From an uncultured Faecalibacterium sp. (GTDB taxonomy: Bacteria > Bacillota > Clostridia > Christensenellales > Aristaeellaceae), in NCBI GenBank assembly GCA_964391995.1, contig CAYMOM010000001.1, positions 1-52,885 on the forward strand: a DNA stretch of 52,885 bases, written 5' to 3'. This document shows, piece by piece, positions 1-7,619 of the stretch; the stretch's first letter is position 1; each line of letters opens with the position of its first letter. The notes under the pieces were generated by a model. The model did no database searches. It was not told the origin of the DNA and saw only the letters and a list, made by a program, of their open reading frames with translations. The translations under genes were made by a program, and so were the position numbers.

Positions 1-1114
1 TCTGCTCGCCAATGAACTTGAAGCCCGTCAGCACATTGCGCAGCTCCACGCCGTAATGCCGGCAGATGGGCACCGCCATTTCCGTGGTAACGATGGTCTT
101 CACCGCCACAGGGGTCAGCTCGCTGGGTTTGCGGTGGCTGCACACATAGTCCAGCAGCAGCACGCCCATGTCGTTGCCGGAAATCAGCTGCACCTGGTCG
201 CCCACCCGGACGCCGGCGCCAATGCGGTCGCAGTCCGGGTCGGTGGCAAAGCAGAAATCCGCCTTCGTATCGATGGTCTTCTGAATCGCCAGCGCCATGG
301 CCTCGCGAATCTCCGGGTTCGGGTACGGGCAGGTGGGGAAATGCCCGTCCGGGTTCTCCTGCTCCGCCACAATGTCCACCCGAATGTTCCCCAGGCGCTT
401 CATCATTTCCCGCACGGGCACGTTGCCGGTGCCGTTCAAGGGCGAATACACCACATGCAGCGGCTCCTTGCAGGGTGCAACCTGCAGCTTGGCAATATCC
501 TGATAATAGCTTTCGATGGTATCGTCCTCAATGTAGCGGATCCTGCCGGCAGCAAGCATGTCGTCGAAGGAAGGCAGCTGAGGCAGCAGGGTTTCCTCGG
601 CGTTGATGAAGGCGTAGATGCGGTCGGCGGCCTCCAGGGTGATCTGGCAGCCGTCATCGCCGTAAACCTTGTAGCCGTTGAACTTGGCGGGATTGTGGCT
701 GGCGGTGATCATCACGCCGGCGGAGCAGTGCAGGTGGCGCACCGCATAGCTGAGCATGGGGGTGGGCATCAGGGTCTTGTAGATATGCACAGTGATGCCC
801 ATGCCGGCCAGGGTGGCAGCAGCCAGGCGGGCGAAATCCTGGCTGTGAATGCGGCTGTCGTAGCTGACGGCGCAGGAGGGCGCATCGTAGCGCTCCAGCA
901 GGTAGCGGCCCAGGCCACGGGTGGCCTTGGATACGGTGTAAAGGTTCATGCGGTTGGTGCCGGCGCCCAGCACACCCCGCAGGCCGCCGGTGCCAAAGGC
1001 CAGCTCCCGGTAAAAGCTGTCGCTGATCTGCTCCTGGCTCATGGCCTGCAGCTGGTCAAGAAGCTCCTTGGGCATGTTGGGGGTGTTCAGCCACGCTTGA
1101 TACTTGGCATTCAT
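1..1114 (-). CDS. Phosphoglucomutase/phosphomannomutase-family (alpha-D-phosphohexomutase) protein, N-terminal ~371 codons; C-terminus lies left of the window
   Basis: Own minus-strand translation from ATG at 1114 (MNAKYQAWLNTPNMPKELLDQLQAMSQEQISDSFYRELAFGTGGLRG...). In-frame phosphoserine loop GVMITASHNPAKFNGYKVY (from 718 downward). SD AAAGGAGGA at 1130..1122. Missing from the ORF track because it is open at the window edge. +56..1132 is its antisense shadow. Confidence 0.85.
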   Translation of the reverse strand, partial: MNAKYQAWLNTPNMPKELLDQLQAMSQEQISDSFYRELAFGTGGLRGVLGAGTNRMNLYTVSKATRGLGRYLLERYDAPSCAVSYDSRIHSQDFARLAAATLAGMGITVHIYKTLMPTPMLSYAVRHLHCSAGVMITASHNPAKFNGYKVYGDDGCQITLEAADRIYAFINAEETLLPQLPSFDDMLAAGRIRYIEDDTIESYYQDIAKLQVAPCKEPLHVVYSPLNGTGNVPVREMMKRLGNIRVDIVAEQENPDGHFPTCPYPNPEIREAMALAIQKTIDTKADFCFATDPDCDRIGAGVRVGDQVQLISGNDMGVLLLDYVCSHRKPSELTPVAVKTIVTTEMAVPICRHYGVELRNVLTGFKFIGEQ

Positions 1115-1128
1115 GGGTATGTCCTCCT

Positions 1129-1614
1129 TTAGTATGATGAAATAGGAAATACGTTCTGCTTGTCCCAGTCAAAGCCGCGGGGTTCCAGGCGGAAGCCGCA
1201 GCGGCAAAGCATTTCGCTCACGTCCTCCAGGAAAAGGAAGATTCTCCGGGCAAGGTGGCCCCTTTGGGTGGCAAAGGGCAGGCAGGCGGCCTCCTCCAGC
1301 TCCTCCACCACATACATGGGGTGCCCGTACAGGCCCAGCATACTGGCCTGGGCGGGCGTATGGCTGCTGCGCAGGTTCTGGGGCATCACATCCCGCCACC
1401 ACTGCACGCTCTCCATCATCCGGTGCAGCTGCTCCCGCACATGGCTGGGCAGGGCAAAGTTCAGCTCCTGCACCACCTGCCGCATGCCGTCAAAAATGCG
1501 AAAGCACAGCACATCGTTCTCGTATATCACCACGCTGAAGCCCCCGTCATTCCCCTGCACCATTGGCCGATGGACATACCAAAACAGCGCCGCGCATTCC
1601 GGCTCCTGAATCAT
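1129..1614 (-). CDS. Hypothetical protein (161 aa), no family recognised
   Basis: ORF-track 1129..1707 (GTG start) trimmed to ATG 1614 (MIQEPECAALFWYVH...), 9 nt after SD AAAGGAG (1630..1624). ATGs at 1623/1620 are alternatives. Its TAA overlaps the SD of the downstream phosphohexomutase gene. Confidence 0.45.
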   Translation of the reverse strand: MIQEPECAALFWYVHRPMVQGNDGGFSVVIYENDVLCFRIFDGMRQVVQELNFALPSHVREQLHRMMESVQWWRDVMPQNLRSSHTPAQASMLGLYGHPMYVVEELEEAACLPFATQRGHLARRIFLFLEDVSEMLCRCGFRLEPRGFDWDKQNVFPISSY

Positions 1615-1632
1615 GTCCATCATCTCCTTTCG

Positions 1633-1820
1633 CCAGCGGGCGCTGCCCTCTGGATGCCGGTCAGGGCGCTGCCCTGACAACCCGGCCGAGGGCGCCGCCC
1701 TCGGCACTCCCGCTTAAGGGATTTCATCCCTTAAGAATCCCTTCTTTGTGTGTGTTTCGTTCGCCGTACCAGCAGGGGTCACGGTGCGCAACAGGCGCAC
1801 CGCGACGTGGGAAAGGGGCG
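1633..1820 (+). repeat. Modular intergenic hairpin repeat, copy 1 (three A modules + B + C)
   Basis: A modules: CCAGCGGGC-GCT-GCCCTCTGG 1633..1653, GTCAGGGC-GCT-GCCCTGAC 1660..1678, CCGAGGGC-GCC-GCCCTCGG 1686..1704. B module: CTTAAGGGAT-TTC-ATCCCTTAAG 1713..1735. C module: GTCACGGTGCGC-aacag-GCGCACCGCGAC 1778..1806. An extra hairpin CCTTCCCC-TCAA-GGGGAAGG sits at 1847..1866. Confidence 0.85.
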
Positions 1821-1900
1821 CTCCACCTCATCCGGCCTTGCGGCCACCTTCCCCTCAAGGGGAAGGCTCGTGCATGCTGTGTTGCGCGCTTCTGCACGGC

Positions 1901-2830
1901 TTACACCGTCAATTCCTCCACACACGCTGCCAGCGCATCGGCTACAGCAGCGATGTTCCCCTCCTCCGCCACGGTGTCAGCCTTGGTGTGCAGGTGAGGC
2001 GTGTAGAATCCTACCAGCTTGTTGCGCTTGCAGGCGCAGATGTTCACCCCGCACTTGAAATTTTTCCAGTCGGAGCCGGCGGTGGTGCCAATGCTGTCGA
2101 AGAAGAACACCTTGTGGGTGGTGGTCTTCTCCATCTGCCGCTGAAGGAAGCCGAACTCCCGGTACTGCCGGGCCAGCTTGCGGCTGATGACCAGCAGGTT
2201 TTCGCCCACACCGATGCAATGCAGGTTTACGGTCAGCCGGGTATAGCCAACCTGCAAATGTTCCTTGGTGTATGCTTTCGACCCGCGCATGCTCTTTTCC
2301 TCGTTATCAAACAGGATAAAGGCCGCCTTTTCCCGGTGCTCCTCCGGCAGCTGATTCATCATGGTCAAAAGCGCCGCCAGGCCGGAGGTGCTGTCGTTCA
2401 CGTTGTTCTTGTTGGGAATGCCGCCATTGGTCATCCACAAAATCATCGCAGCATACACCAAAAGCCACATGATGCGCACAATGCTCGGATCGTGAATCAC
2501 CACACCCAGCGCCAGCATCAGCACGGCGGAAAGCAGCAGCAACAGCACCACCACAGCGGCGCTGTACAGCAGGGAAAGCAACGGATTCCTTGGCAGAAAT
2601 ACATTGGGCAGCAGCATGTTGGCGGCGGTGTCGTAATGGGCGGTGAACAGCATGGGTGCCTTTTCCGGGTTGCCCACAATGATGTTCTCGTGGGAAAGCC
2701 CGTTTTTCTCCACCTTCACGCTGTAACCCATCCGGCGGATCTCCTGCACCGTCCAGTCCCGGAAAGCCTTCTTCTGCTCCGCTGTGCGGCGGATGGGAAA
2801 CTGGCGGGTAATTTCCTCAATATAGTTCAT
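1901..2830 (-). CDS. M28-family zinc peptidase-like protein with hydrophobic insert (paralog 2 of tandem pair)
   Basis: ORF track. M28 ligand motifs occur in canonical order: FTAHYDT, NVNDSTSG, LFDNEEKSMRGS, HLHTKADT. About 70 hydrophobic residues lie between the first two motifs. There is no N-terminal signal peptide. ATGA overlap with the upstream paralog (2827..2830). Confidence 0.7.
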   Translation of the reverse strand: MNYIEEITRQFPIRRTAEQKKAFRDWTVQEIRRMGYSVKVEKNGLSHENIIVGNPEKAPMLFTAHYDTAANMLLPNVFLPRNPLLSLLYSAAVVVLLLLLSAVLMLALGVVIHDPSIVRIMWLLVYAAMILWMTNGGIPNKNNVNDSTSGLAALLTMMNQLPEEHREKAAFILFDNEEKSMRGSKAYTKEHLQVGYTRLTVNLHCIGVGENLLVISRKLARQYREFGFLQRQMEKTTTHKVFFFDSIGTTAGSDWKNFKCGVNICACKRNKLVGFYTPHLHTKADTVAEEGNIAAVADALAACVEELTV

Positions 2831-3741
2831 AAAAGCTCCTTGGTCATGGCAGCCAGACCATCGGCGATGAAGGCGATGTTCCCGGCATCCGCCACGGTGT
2901 CGTGCTTGGTGTGAATCTTACTGCAGTAGTAGCCCACACGCTTGCCCTTTTTGCAGGCGCACACGGCTATGCCGCACTTGAAGTTGCTCTGGTCGGAGGG
3001 ATACACGTGGCCTTCCATGTCAAGCCATTCCACCTGCCGGTCTTTCTGAGCGCTGATGCTCCTTTGCAGCAGGGCGAACTTCTCATGCTGGCGGGCCTTC
3101 TTGGGAGAGAAGAACAGGATGGTTTCACCCACGCCCACGCAGTCCATGTTGACAAGCAGGGTTTCCTTCTGAATCTGCTTGTGCTTGGAGGCAAACCCAT
3201 TGGAGCCCAGCATGCCCTTTTCCTCGTTGTCAAAGAGGATGAAGGCCACCTTGTCTCGCTTGTCCTTGGGCACCCGGGCCATGGTTTCAAGCACGGCAGC
3301 CACACCGGAGGTGTTGTCGTTGGCGTTGCAGGGATTGGCCGGGCCGAAAATCAACAACAGAAGCAGCGCCACCAGGCATAGCTCCCAGGCTACAAAGGCC
3401 GCATCAATGCCGGAGATCAAGCCTGCCACCACGGCGGGAATGGTGCAAATCAGCATCATGCCCAGCACCAGGGCCAGCTGATATAGCATGTAAATGCCCA
3501 CATTGCAGGGTGTGATGAAGTTGGGAATGGGCATGGTGGGCGGCGTGTCGTAGTGGGCGGTGAAGATAACCTGCGCCTTGTCCGCATCGCCGATGACAAT
3601 GTTCTTATTGGTTTTGCCAACGATGCTGGCCTCGTAGCCCAGGTAGCCGGCCTCGCCAACAGCCCATGTGCGGAAGGCCTCCTTCTGCGTGCGGCTTTTG
3701 CGCACGGGGAAGCGCTCCTGCAGGGTTTCCAGGTAAGACAT
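2827..3741 (-). CDS. M28-family zinc peptidase-like protein with hydrophobic insert (paralog 1 of tandem pair)
   Basis: ORF track. Motifs FTAHYDT, NANDNTSG, LFDNEEKGMLGS, IHTKHDT. Hydrophobic insert VGIYMLYQLALVLGMMLICTIPAVVAGLI...FVAWELCLVALLLLLIF. SD AAAGGAGAA 14 nt after the trmO stop. Confidence 0.7.
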   Translation of the reverse strand: MSYLETLQERFPVRKSRTQKEAFRTWAVGEAGYLGYEASIVGKTNKNIVIGDADKAQVIFTAHYDTPPTMPIPNFITPCNVGIYMLYQLALVLGMMLICTIPAVVAGLISGIDAAFVAWELCLVALLLLLIFGPANPCNANDNTSGVAAVLETMARVPKDKRDKVAFILFDNEEKGMLGSNGFASKHKQIQKETLLVNMDCVGVGETILFFSPKKARQHEKFALLQRSISAQKDRQVEWLDMEGHVYPSDQSNFKCGIAVCACKKGKRVGYYCSKIHTKHDTVADAGNIAFIADGLAAMTKELL

Positions 3742-3755
3742 AACATTCTCCTTTG

Positions 3756-4421
3756 TTAATCAATGCTGACAACAGTCAGCACGCCGTCCGCCACACGGAA
3801 GCGAACCTCCGTGCCGGCGTAGGCAAAGCCGTATATGCGCTGCTGCTCCCGCTGGTATCCGGGCCGGGGATCCTGGGCCAGAATGCCTGGCAAGGCTTCC
3901 CGGCTGTCGGGCGGGAGCTTCTGCAAAAGCTCTGGGGGAATCACCACCTGCAAGCCATAGTCCTTCACCTGATGGGCAAACCCGCCGGTGGCCTCCGGAT
4001 GGCAGTCTGCATAGGGCAGGTATGGCTTGATGTCGTAAATGGGCGTGCCGTCCATAAGATCAGCACCCGCCACCACCAGCACCGGGCCGAAGCGGGTATC
4101 CTGCCGCAGTTCCACCAGCTTCACACTGCTCAGCCCAATGGGATTGGGCCGGAAGGGTGACCGGGTGGCGAACACGCCCATCCGTACATTGCCGCCCAGC
4201 CTGGGCGGACGCACCGTGGGCGACCAGCTTTCCCGCTCCGCCTGGTGGAACTGCCATATGAGCCACAGGTGGCTGTATCCCTCAATGCCTCGAAAGGCCT
4301 CGGGCACGCGGTATTCCGGTTCAAACACAATCAGGGAGCGCACCTCATCCACCAAACCGGACTGGCGCGGCAGACCAAACTTGGTGGGAAAATCATTGTG
4401 GATATGCGCAATGACGTGCAT
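3756..4421 (-). CDS. trmO: tRNA (N6-threonylcarbamoyladenosine37-N6)-methyltransferase TrmO (TsaA/YaeB family)
   Basis: ORF track. Family-typical strings GLPRQSG, SHLWLIWQFH, VFATRSPFRPNPIG, GTPIYDIKPYLPY. SD AAAGGAG 8 nt upstream of ATG 4421. Confidence 0.85.
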   Translation of the reverse strand: MHVIAHIHNDFPTKFGLPRQSGLVDEVRSLIVFEPEYRVPEAFRGIEGYSHLWLIWQFHQAERESWSPTVRPPRLGGNVRMGVFATRSPFRPNPIGLSSVKLVELRQDTRFGPVLVVAGADLMDGTPIYDIKPYLPYADCHPEATGGFAHQVKDYGLQVVIPPELLQKLPPDSREALPGILAQDPRPGYQREQQRIYGFAYAGTEVRFRVADGVLTVVSID

Positions 4422-4458
4422 GGCCGGCGCTCCTTTCTGATAAAATGAATACCCTGTT

Positions 4459-4469
4459 ATTCTACCACA
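4459..4469 (-). promoter_or_regulatory. Candidate extended -10 promoter element (TGTGG TAGAAT) for trmO operon
   Basis: Minus strand reads AATATGTGGTAGAATAACAGG about 40 nt upstream of the trmO ATG. The -35 is weak. The same TGTGG-TAnnAT pattern recurs at 7579..7589 (+) and 36365..36375 (-). Confidence 0.35.
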
Positions 4470-4507
4470 TATTGCGTTTTTTCGCTACTGTTACATGCCC
4501 GAACAAT

Positions 4508-4533
4508 GAAAAATCCCCCGCGAAGTGCAGGGG
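4508..4533 (-). terminator. Rho-independent terminator after nifU
   Basis: Minus strand: CCCCTGC-acttc-GCGGGGG followed by ATTTTTC, 13 nt after the nifU stop. Confidence 0.65.
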
Positions 4534-4545
4534 AAAAGGGCGCCA

Positions 4546-4920
4546 TCAGGCTTCCGGGTGCTTCTTCCTGTAGTCCTCAATGGCGGCATGAATGGCCTGC
4601 TCCGCCAGCATGGAGCAGTGCATCTTCACCGGGGGCAGACCGTCCAGGGCCTCGGCAACGGCCTTGTTGGTCAGCTGCAGCGCCTCGTCGATGGTCTTGC
4701 CCTTCACCATTTCCGTAGCCATGGAGCTGGTGGCAATGGCAGCGCCGCAGCCGAAGGTCTTGAACTTCACATCAACAATGATGCCGTTCTCCACCTGGAT
4801 GTCCATTTTCATAATGTCGCCGCACTTGGCGTTGCCCACGGTGCCGGTGCCGCTGGGATTCTCAATTTCGCCCACATTGCGGGGGTTGGAGAAGTGATCC
4901 ATCACTTTTTCGCTGTACAT
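4546..4920 (-). CDS. nifU: Fe-S cluster assembly scaffold NifU/IscU
   Basis: ORF track. MYSEKVMDHFSNPRNVG, GNAKCGD, FKTFGCGAAIASS-like and MHCS motifs carrying the three scaffold cysteines. SD TAAGGAGGA. Confidence 0.9.
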   Translation of the reverse strand: MYSEKVMDHFSNPRNVGEIENPSGTGTVGNAKCGDIMKMDIQVENGIIVDVKFKTFGCGAAIATSSMATEMVKGKTIDEALQLTNKAVAEALDGLPPVKMHCSMLAEQAIHAAIEDYRKKHPEA

Positions 4921-4932
4921 ATGCGTTCCTCC

Positions 4933-6153
4933 TTATTCGTCGTCCTCGGCCCCGTGGTCGTGGTTAAAGGGGCAGGAGCTGTTCAAAGTCTGGTTGTAGA
5001 AGTTCAGGGGGCTCATGTCGCGCAGGGTCTGGACGATGCCGGGCAGCTTGTCCAGCACATAGTCCACATCCGCCTCGGTGGAGTCGGTGCCCAGGGACAG
5101 GCGCAGGGAGCCGTGGGCAATCTCGTGGGGCAGGCCGATAGCCAGCAGCACATGGCTGGGATCCAGGCTGCCGCTGGTGCAGGCAGAGCCGCTGGAGCCT
5201 GCAATGCCCGCCAGGTCAAGGCGCAGGAGCAGCGCTTCGCCCTCAATATACCGGAAGGAGATGTTCACGTTGTTGGGCAGGCGCTCCGTGGGGTGACCAT
5301 TCAGCCGGGTATCCGGAATGGTGGCCAGAATGGTGCTGATCAGCTTGTCCCGCATTTTGCTCATGCGGGCGGCGTTTTCTTCCAGACCGACAACTGCCAG
5401 CTCAATGGCCTTGCCCATGCCCACAATGCCGGCCAGGTTTTCCGTGCCGGCGCGCTGATTACGCTCCTGGGCGCCGCCATGCATGAACTGGTCGATCTTC
5501 ACACCCTTGCGGATGTACAGGGCGCCAATGCCCTTGGGCCCGTGGAACTTGTGCCCGCTCATGGACAGCATGTCCACATTCATGGCGTTCACATCCACAG
5601 GAATGGCGCCAATGGCCTGCACCGCGTCCGTGTGGAACAGGATGCCCTTTTCCTTCGCCAGCCTGCCAATCTCCGCAATGGGCTGAATGGTGCCAATCTC
5701 GTTGTTGGCGGTCATAATGGTGATCAGAATGGTCTTGTCGGTAATGGCCTTCTCCACGTCCGCCACGCTGACCCGGCCAAACTCGTCCACGGGCAGGTAG
5801 GTAACAGTGAAGCCTTGCTTCTCCAGCCACTGGCAGGTGTGCAGCACGGCGTGATGCTCAATGGCGCTGGTGATGATGTGGTTGCCCTTGTTCTTCCTGG
5901 CGAAGGCGGCACCCTTGATGGCCCAGTTGTCGCTTTCGGAGCCGCCGGCGGTGAAGTAAATCTCCTGGGGCAGCGCACCGATGGCAGCGGCAACCTGCCT
6001 GCGGGCGGCGTCCACGGCCCGGCGAGCGTCCCGCCCGGTGGAGTGGATGCTGCTGGCATTGCCGAAGCACTGGGTGAAGTAGGGCAGCATGGCCTCCAGC
6101 ACGGCGGGAGAAACGGCAGTGGTGGCGGCATTGTCAAGATAAACCTTGTTCAT
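4933..6153 (-). CDS. nifS: Cysteine desulfurase NifS/IscS (PLP-dependent)
   Basis: ORF track. [17 protein letters not shown] (PLP lysine) and active-site loop [10 protein letters not shown]. Lies immediately downstream of the Rrf2 regulator. Confidence 0.9.
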   Translation of the reverse strand: MNKVYLDNAATTAVSPAVLEAMLPYFTQCFGNASSIHSTGRDARRAVDAARRQVAAAIGALPQEIYFTAGGSESDNWAIKGAAFARKNKGNHIITSAIEHHAVLHTCQWLEKQGFTVTYLPVDEFGRVSVADVEKAITDKTILITIMTANNEIGTIQPIAEIGRLAKEKGILFHTDAVQAIGAIPVDVNAMNVDMLSMSGHKFHGPKGIGALYIRKGVKIDQFMHGGAQERNQRAGTENLAGIVGMGKAIELAVVGLEENAARMSKMRDKLISTILATIPDTRLNGHPTERLPNNVNISFRYIEGEALLLRLDLAGIAGSSGSACTSGSLDPSHVLLAIGLPHEIAHGSLRLSLGTDSTEADVDYVLDKLPGIVQTLRDMSPLNFYNQTLNSSCPFNHDHGAEDDE

Positions 6154-6156
6154 GGA

Positions 6157-6582
6157 TCATGACTCCTTTGTTGTGCCGAATTGCTCTTGATCGAGCATAT
6201 CCTGAAGGGAAATGGACTGCAACAGGTCGTTGATGCTGTTGGAAAGGTATTCCCACACCCGGCGGGTCTTGCACTGCCCGGCCCGGTGACAGCGGTTTTC
6301 GTCACCCAGGCAATCGGAAATGGAAAGCGGGCCTTCGGTGGCGTCAATGATGTCGCCCACGGTGATGCCGCCAGGCTCCAAGGCCAGCTGATAGCCGCCC
6401 TGTGCACCCCGGACGGTGGTGACCAGCCCGGCCCGGCGCAGGTTGCCCAGCAGCTGCTCCAGGTAATCCTCCGGTACGCCGATCTCCGCAACGCTCTTCA
6501 GCGGCTGAGGGCCGTTCCCGGCATGCTGCGCCAGGTAAAACATGGCATACAGCCCGTATTTCCCCTTGGTGGAGAGCTTCAT
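6157..6582 (-). CDS. iscR: Rrf2-family transcriptional regulator (IscR-like, three-Cys cluster ligand motif)
   Basis: ORF track. N-terminal winged helix MKLSTKGKYGLYAMFYLA. C-x6-C-x5-C motif (DCLGDENRCHRAGQC). First gene of the iscR-nifS-nifU operon. Confidence 0.8.
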   Translation of the reverse strand: MKLSTKGKYGLYAMFYLAQHAGNGPQPLKSVAEIGVPEDYLEQLLGNLRRAGLVTTVRGAQGGYQLALEPGGITVGDIIDATEGPLSISDCLGDENRCHRAGQCKTRRVWEYLSNSINDLLQSISLQDMLDQEQFGTTKES

Positions 6583-6599
6583 CCCGCGCCTCCTTTCTC

Positions 6600-6666
6600 A
6601 ATCCCGACAAAAAGTATCGGAATTACCGAGAGCATTCTAGCATACCCGACTATTTTTGTCAACATT
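6600..6666 (-). promoter_or_regulatory. Candidate Rrf2/IscR operators flanking the iscR promoter
   Basis: ATACCCGACTATTTTTGTCAACATT (6642..6666) resembles the E. coli type-1 IscR site ATASYYGACTRWWWYAGTCRRSTAT and overlaps the -35. The imperfect inverted repeat AATCCCGAC-aaaaagt-ATCGGAATT (6600..6624) covers the predicted +1 region. Confidence 0.4.
6634..6662 (-). promoter_or_regulatory. Sigma-A type promoter of iscR-nifS-nifU
   Basis: Minus strand: TTGACA (6662..6657), 17-nt spacer, TAGAAT (6639..6634), about 50 nt upstream of the iscR ATG. Confidence 0.6.
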
Positions 6667-6682
6667 AAGACGAACTATGCAA

Positions 6683-6723
6683 GAAAAAATCCTTCCGCGC
6701 TTGGCAGAAGGCGCAGAAGGATT
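6683..6723 (-). terminator. Rho-independent terminator after PHP-domain gene
   Basis: Minus strand: AATCCTTC-(20 nt with inner GCGC/GCGC stem)-GAAGGATT followed by TTTTTTC. Confidence 0.6.
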
Positions 6724-6731
6724 CTGAGCTT

Positions 6732-7523
6732 TTATTCATGCAGCCAGTCCCGGCGGGTGGGCACCAGCTGCTCCTTTTCGTCCATCCAGAAGGTTTCCAG
6801 CCGGGGTGCATCCGGTGCAATGTCGAAGCGGCTGTCCGGCACTTCCAGGCCGATGTGCTGGCGGGTGAGGATCATCTGCACCCAATCCTGTATGCAGGTC
6901 AGGCGCCTGTCCAGCCGGACGCCCGTAATCCTTTCCGGATGTTCCAGAGCCACGTCCGCATGGTGGTTGTCCGAGCCGCTGGTCATCACAAGGTCAAACT
7001 CCCTGGCATAGCGCAGGGCGGCGGCATCGTTGTAGGCACGGTTGCCGGCGTTGGAAACTTCAATGCCATCGCAGAACTGCCTGCCCAGGCGAATGGCGGC
7101 GATGTAATCCCTGTCCCGGAAGGGGTGTGCCTGAATCACGCAGCCGCCGGCACGGTGAACCTCCTCCAGCTGCCGGGCACGGGTCCAGTGCTCCATTTCC
7201 GGATGGGCCAGCATAAAGCCTTTGTCCAGGCCGTAGACCAGGTATTCATCGCCGTTGAAGTTCTCCTCCCAGCCGAAGAACACATCCAGCCCGATGCGCT
7301 GACCCTCCTGCCAGGCCTCCTCATACCCGGCGCAGAACTGGTTGATGCGCTGCTCCCAGGGCTGGTGCCGGTTGACTGCCGTGTTGCCGCGGAAAAAGTG
7401 ATCGGTGATGATGATGCCCGTATAACCCAGCTGCTTGTACGCCCGGGCATGCTCGGCCCCGGTGGAAGTGGCGCAGGCGCTGCCCTGGCAGGTGTGCAGG
7501 TGGGTTTCGTATAAAAAGGCCAT
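6732..7523 (-). CDS. PHP-domain metal-dependent phosphoesterase (histidinol-phosphatase-like)
   Basis: ORF-track 6732..8159 trimmed to residue 213 (MAFLYETHLHTCQGSACA...), preceded by SD GGGAGGA with 6-nt spacing. PHP motifs HxH at the N-terminus, ITDH and GSDNHH. The upstream 212 codons look like antisense GH5 sequence. Confidence 0.7.
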   Translation of the reverse strand: MAFLYETHLHTCQGSACATSTGAEHARAYKQLGYTGIIITDHFFRGNTAVNRHQPWEQRINQFCAGYEEAWQEGQRIGLDVFFGWEENFNGDEYLVYGLDKGFMLAHPEMEHWTRARQLEEVHRAGGCVIQAHPFRDRDYIAAIRLGRQFCDGIEVSNAGNRAYNDAAALRYAREFDLVMTSGSDNHHADVALEHPERITGVRLDRRLTCIQDWVQMILTRQHIGLEVPDSRFDIAPDAPRLETFWMDEKEQLVPTRRDWLHE

Positions 7524-7578
7524 GGGGGTTCCTCCCAGTTGATTCATTTCACATTCATTATAGCACATTTCCTGCGAA

Positions 7579-7589
7579 TGTGGTATACT
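7579..7589 (+). promoter_or_regulatory. Candidate extended -10 promoter element (TGTGG TATACT) for GH5 gene
   Basis: GAATGTGGTATACTATAACC lies 31 nt upstream of ATG 7620. The -35 is weak. Confidence 0.35.
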
Positions 7590-7619
7590 ATAACCATCAA
7601 GAGGAAGGAGTGTTTTTTC

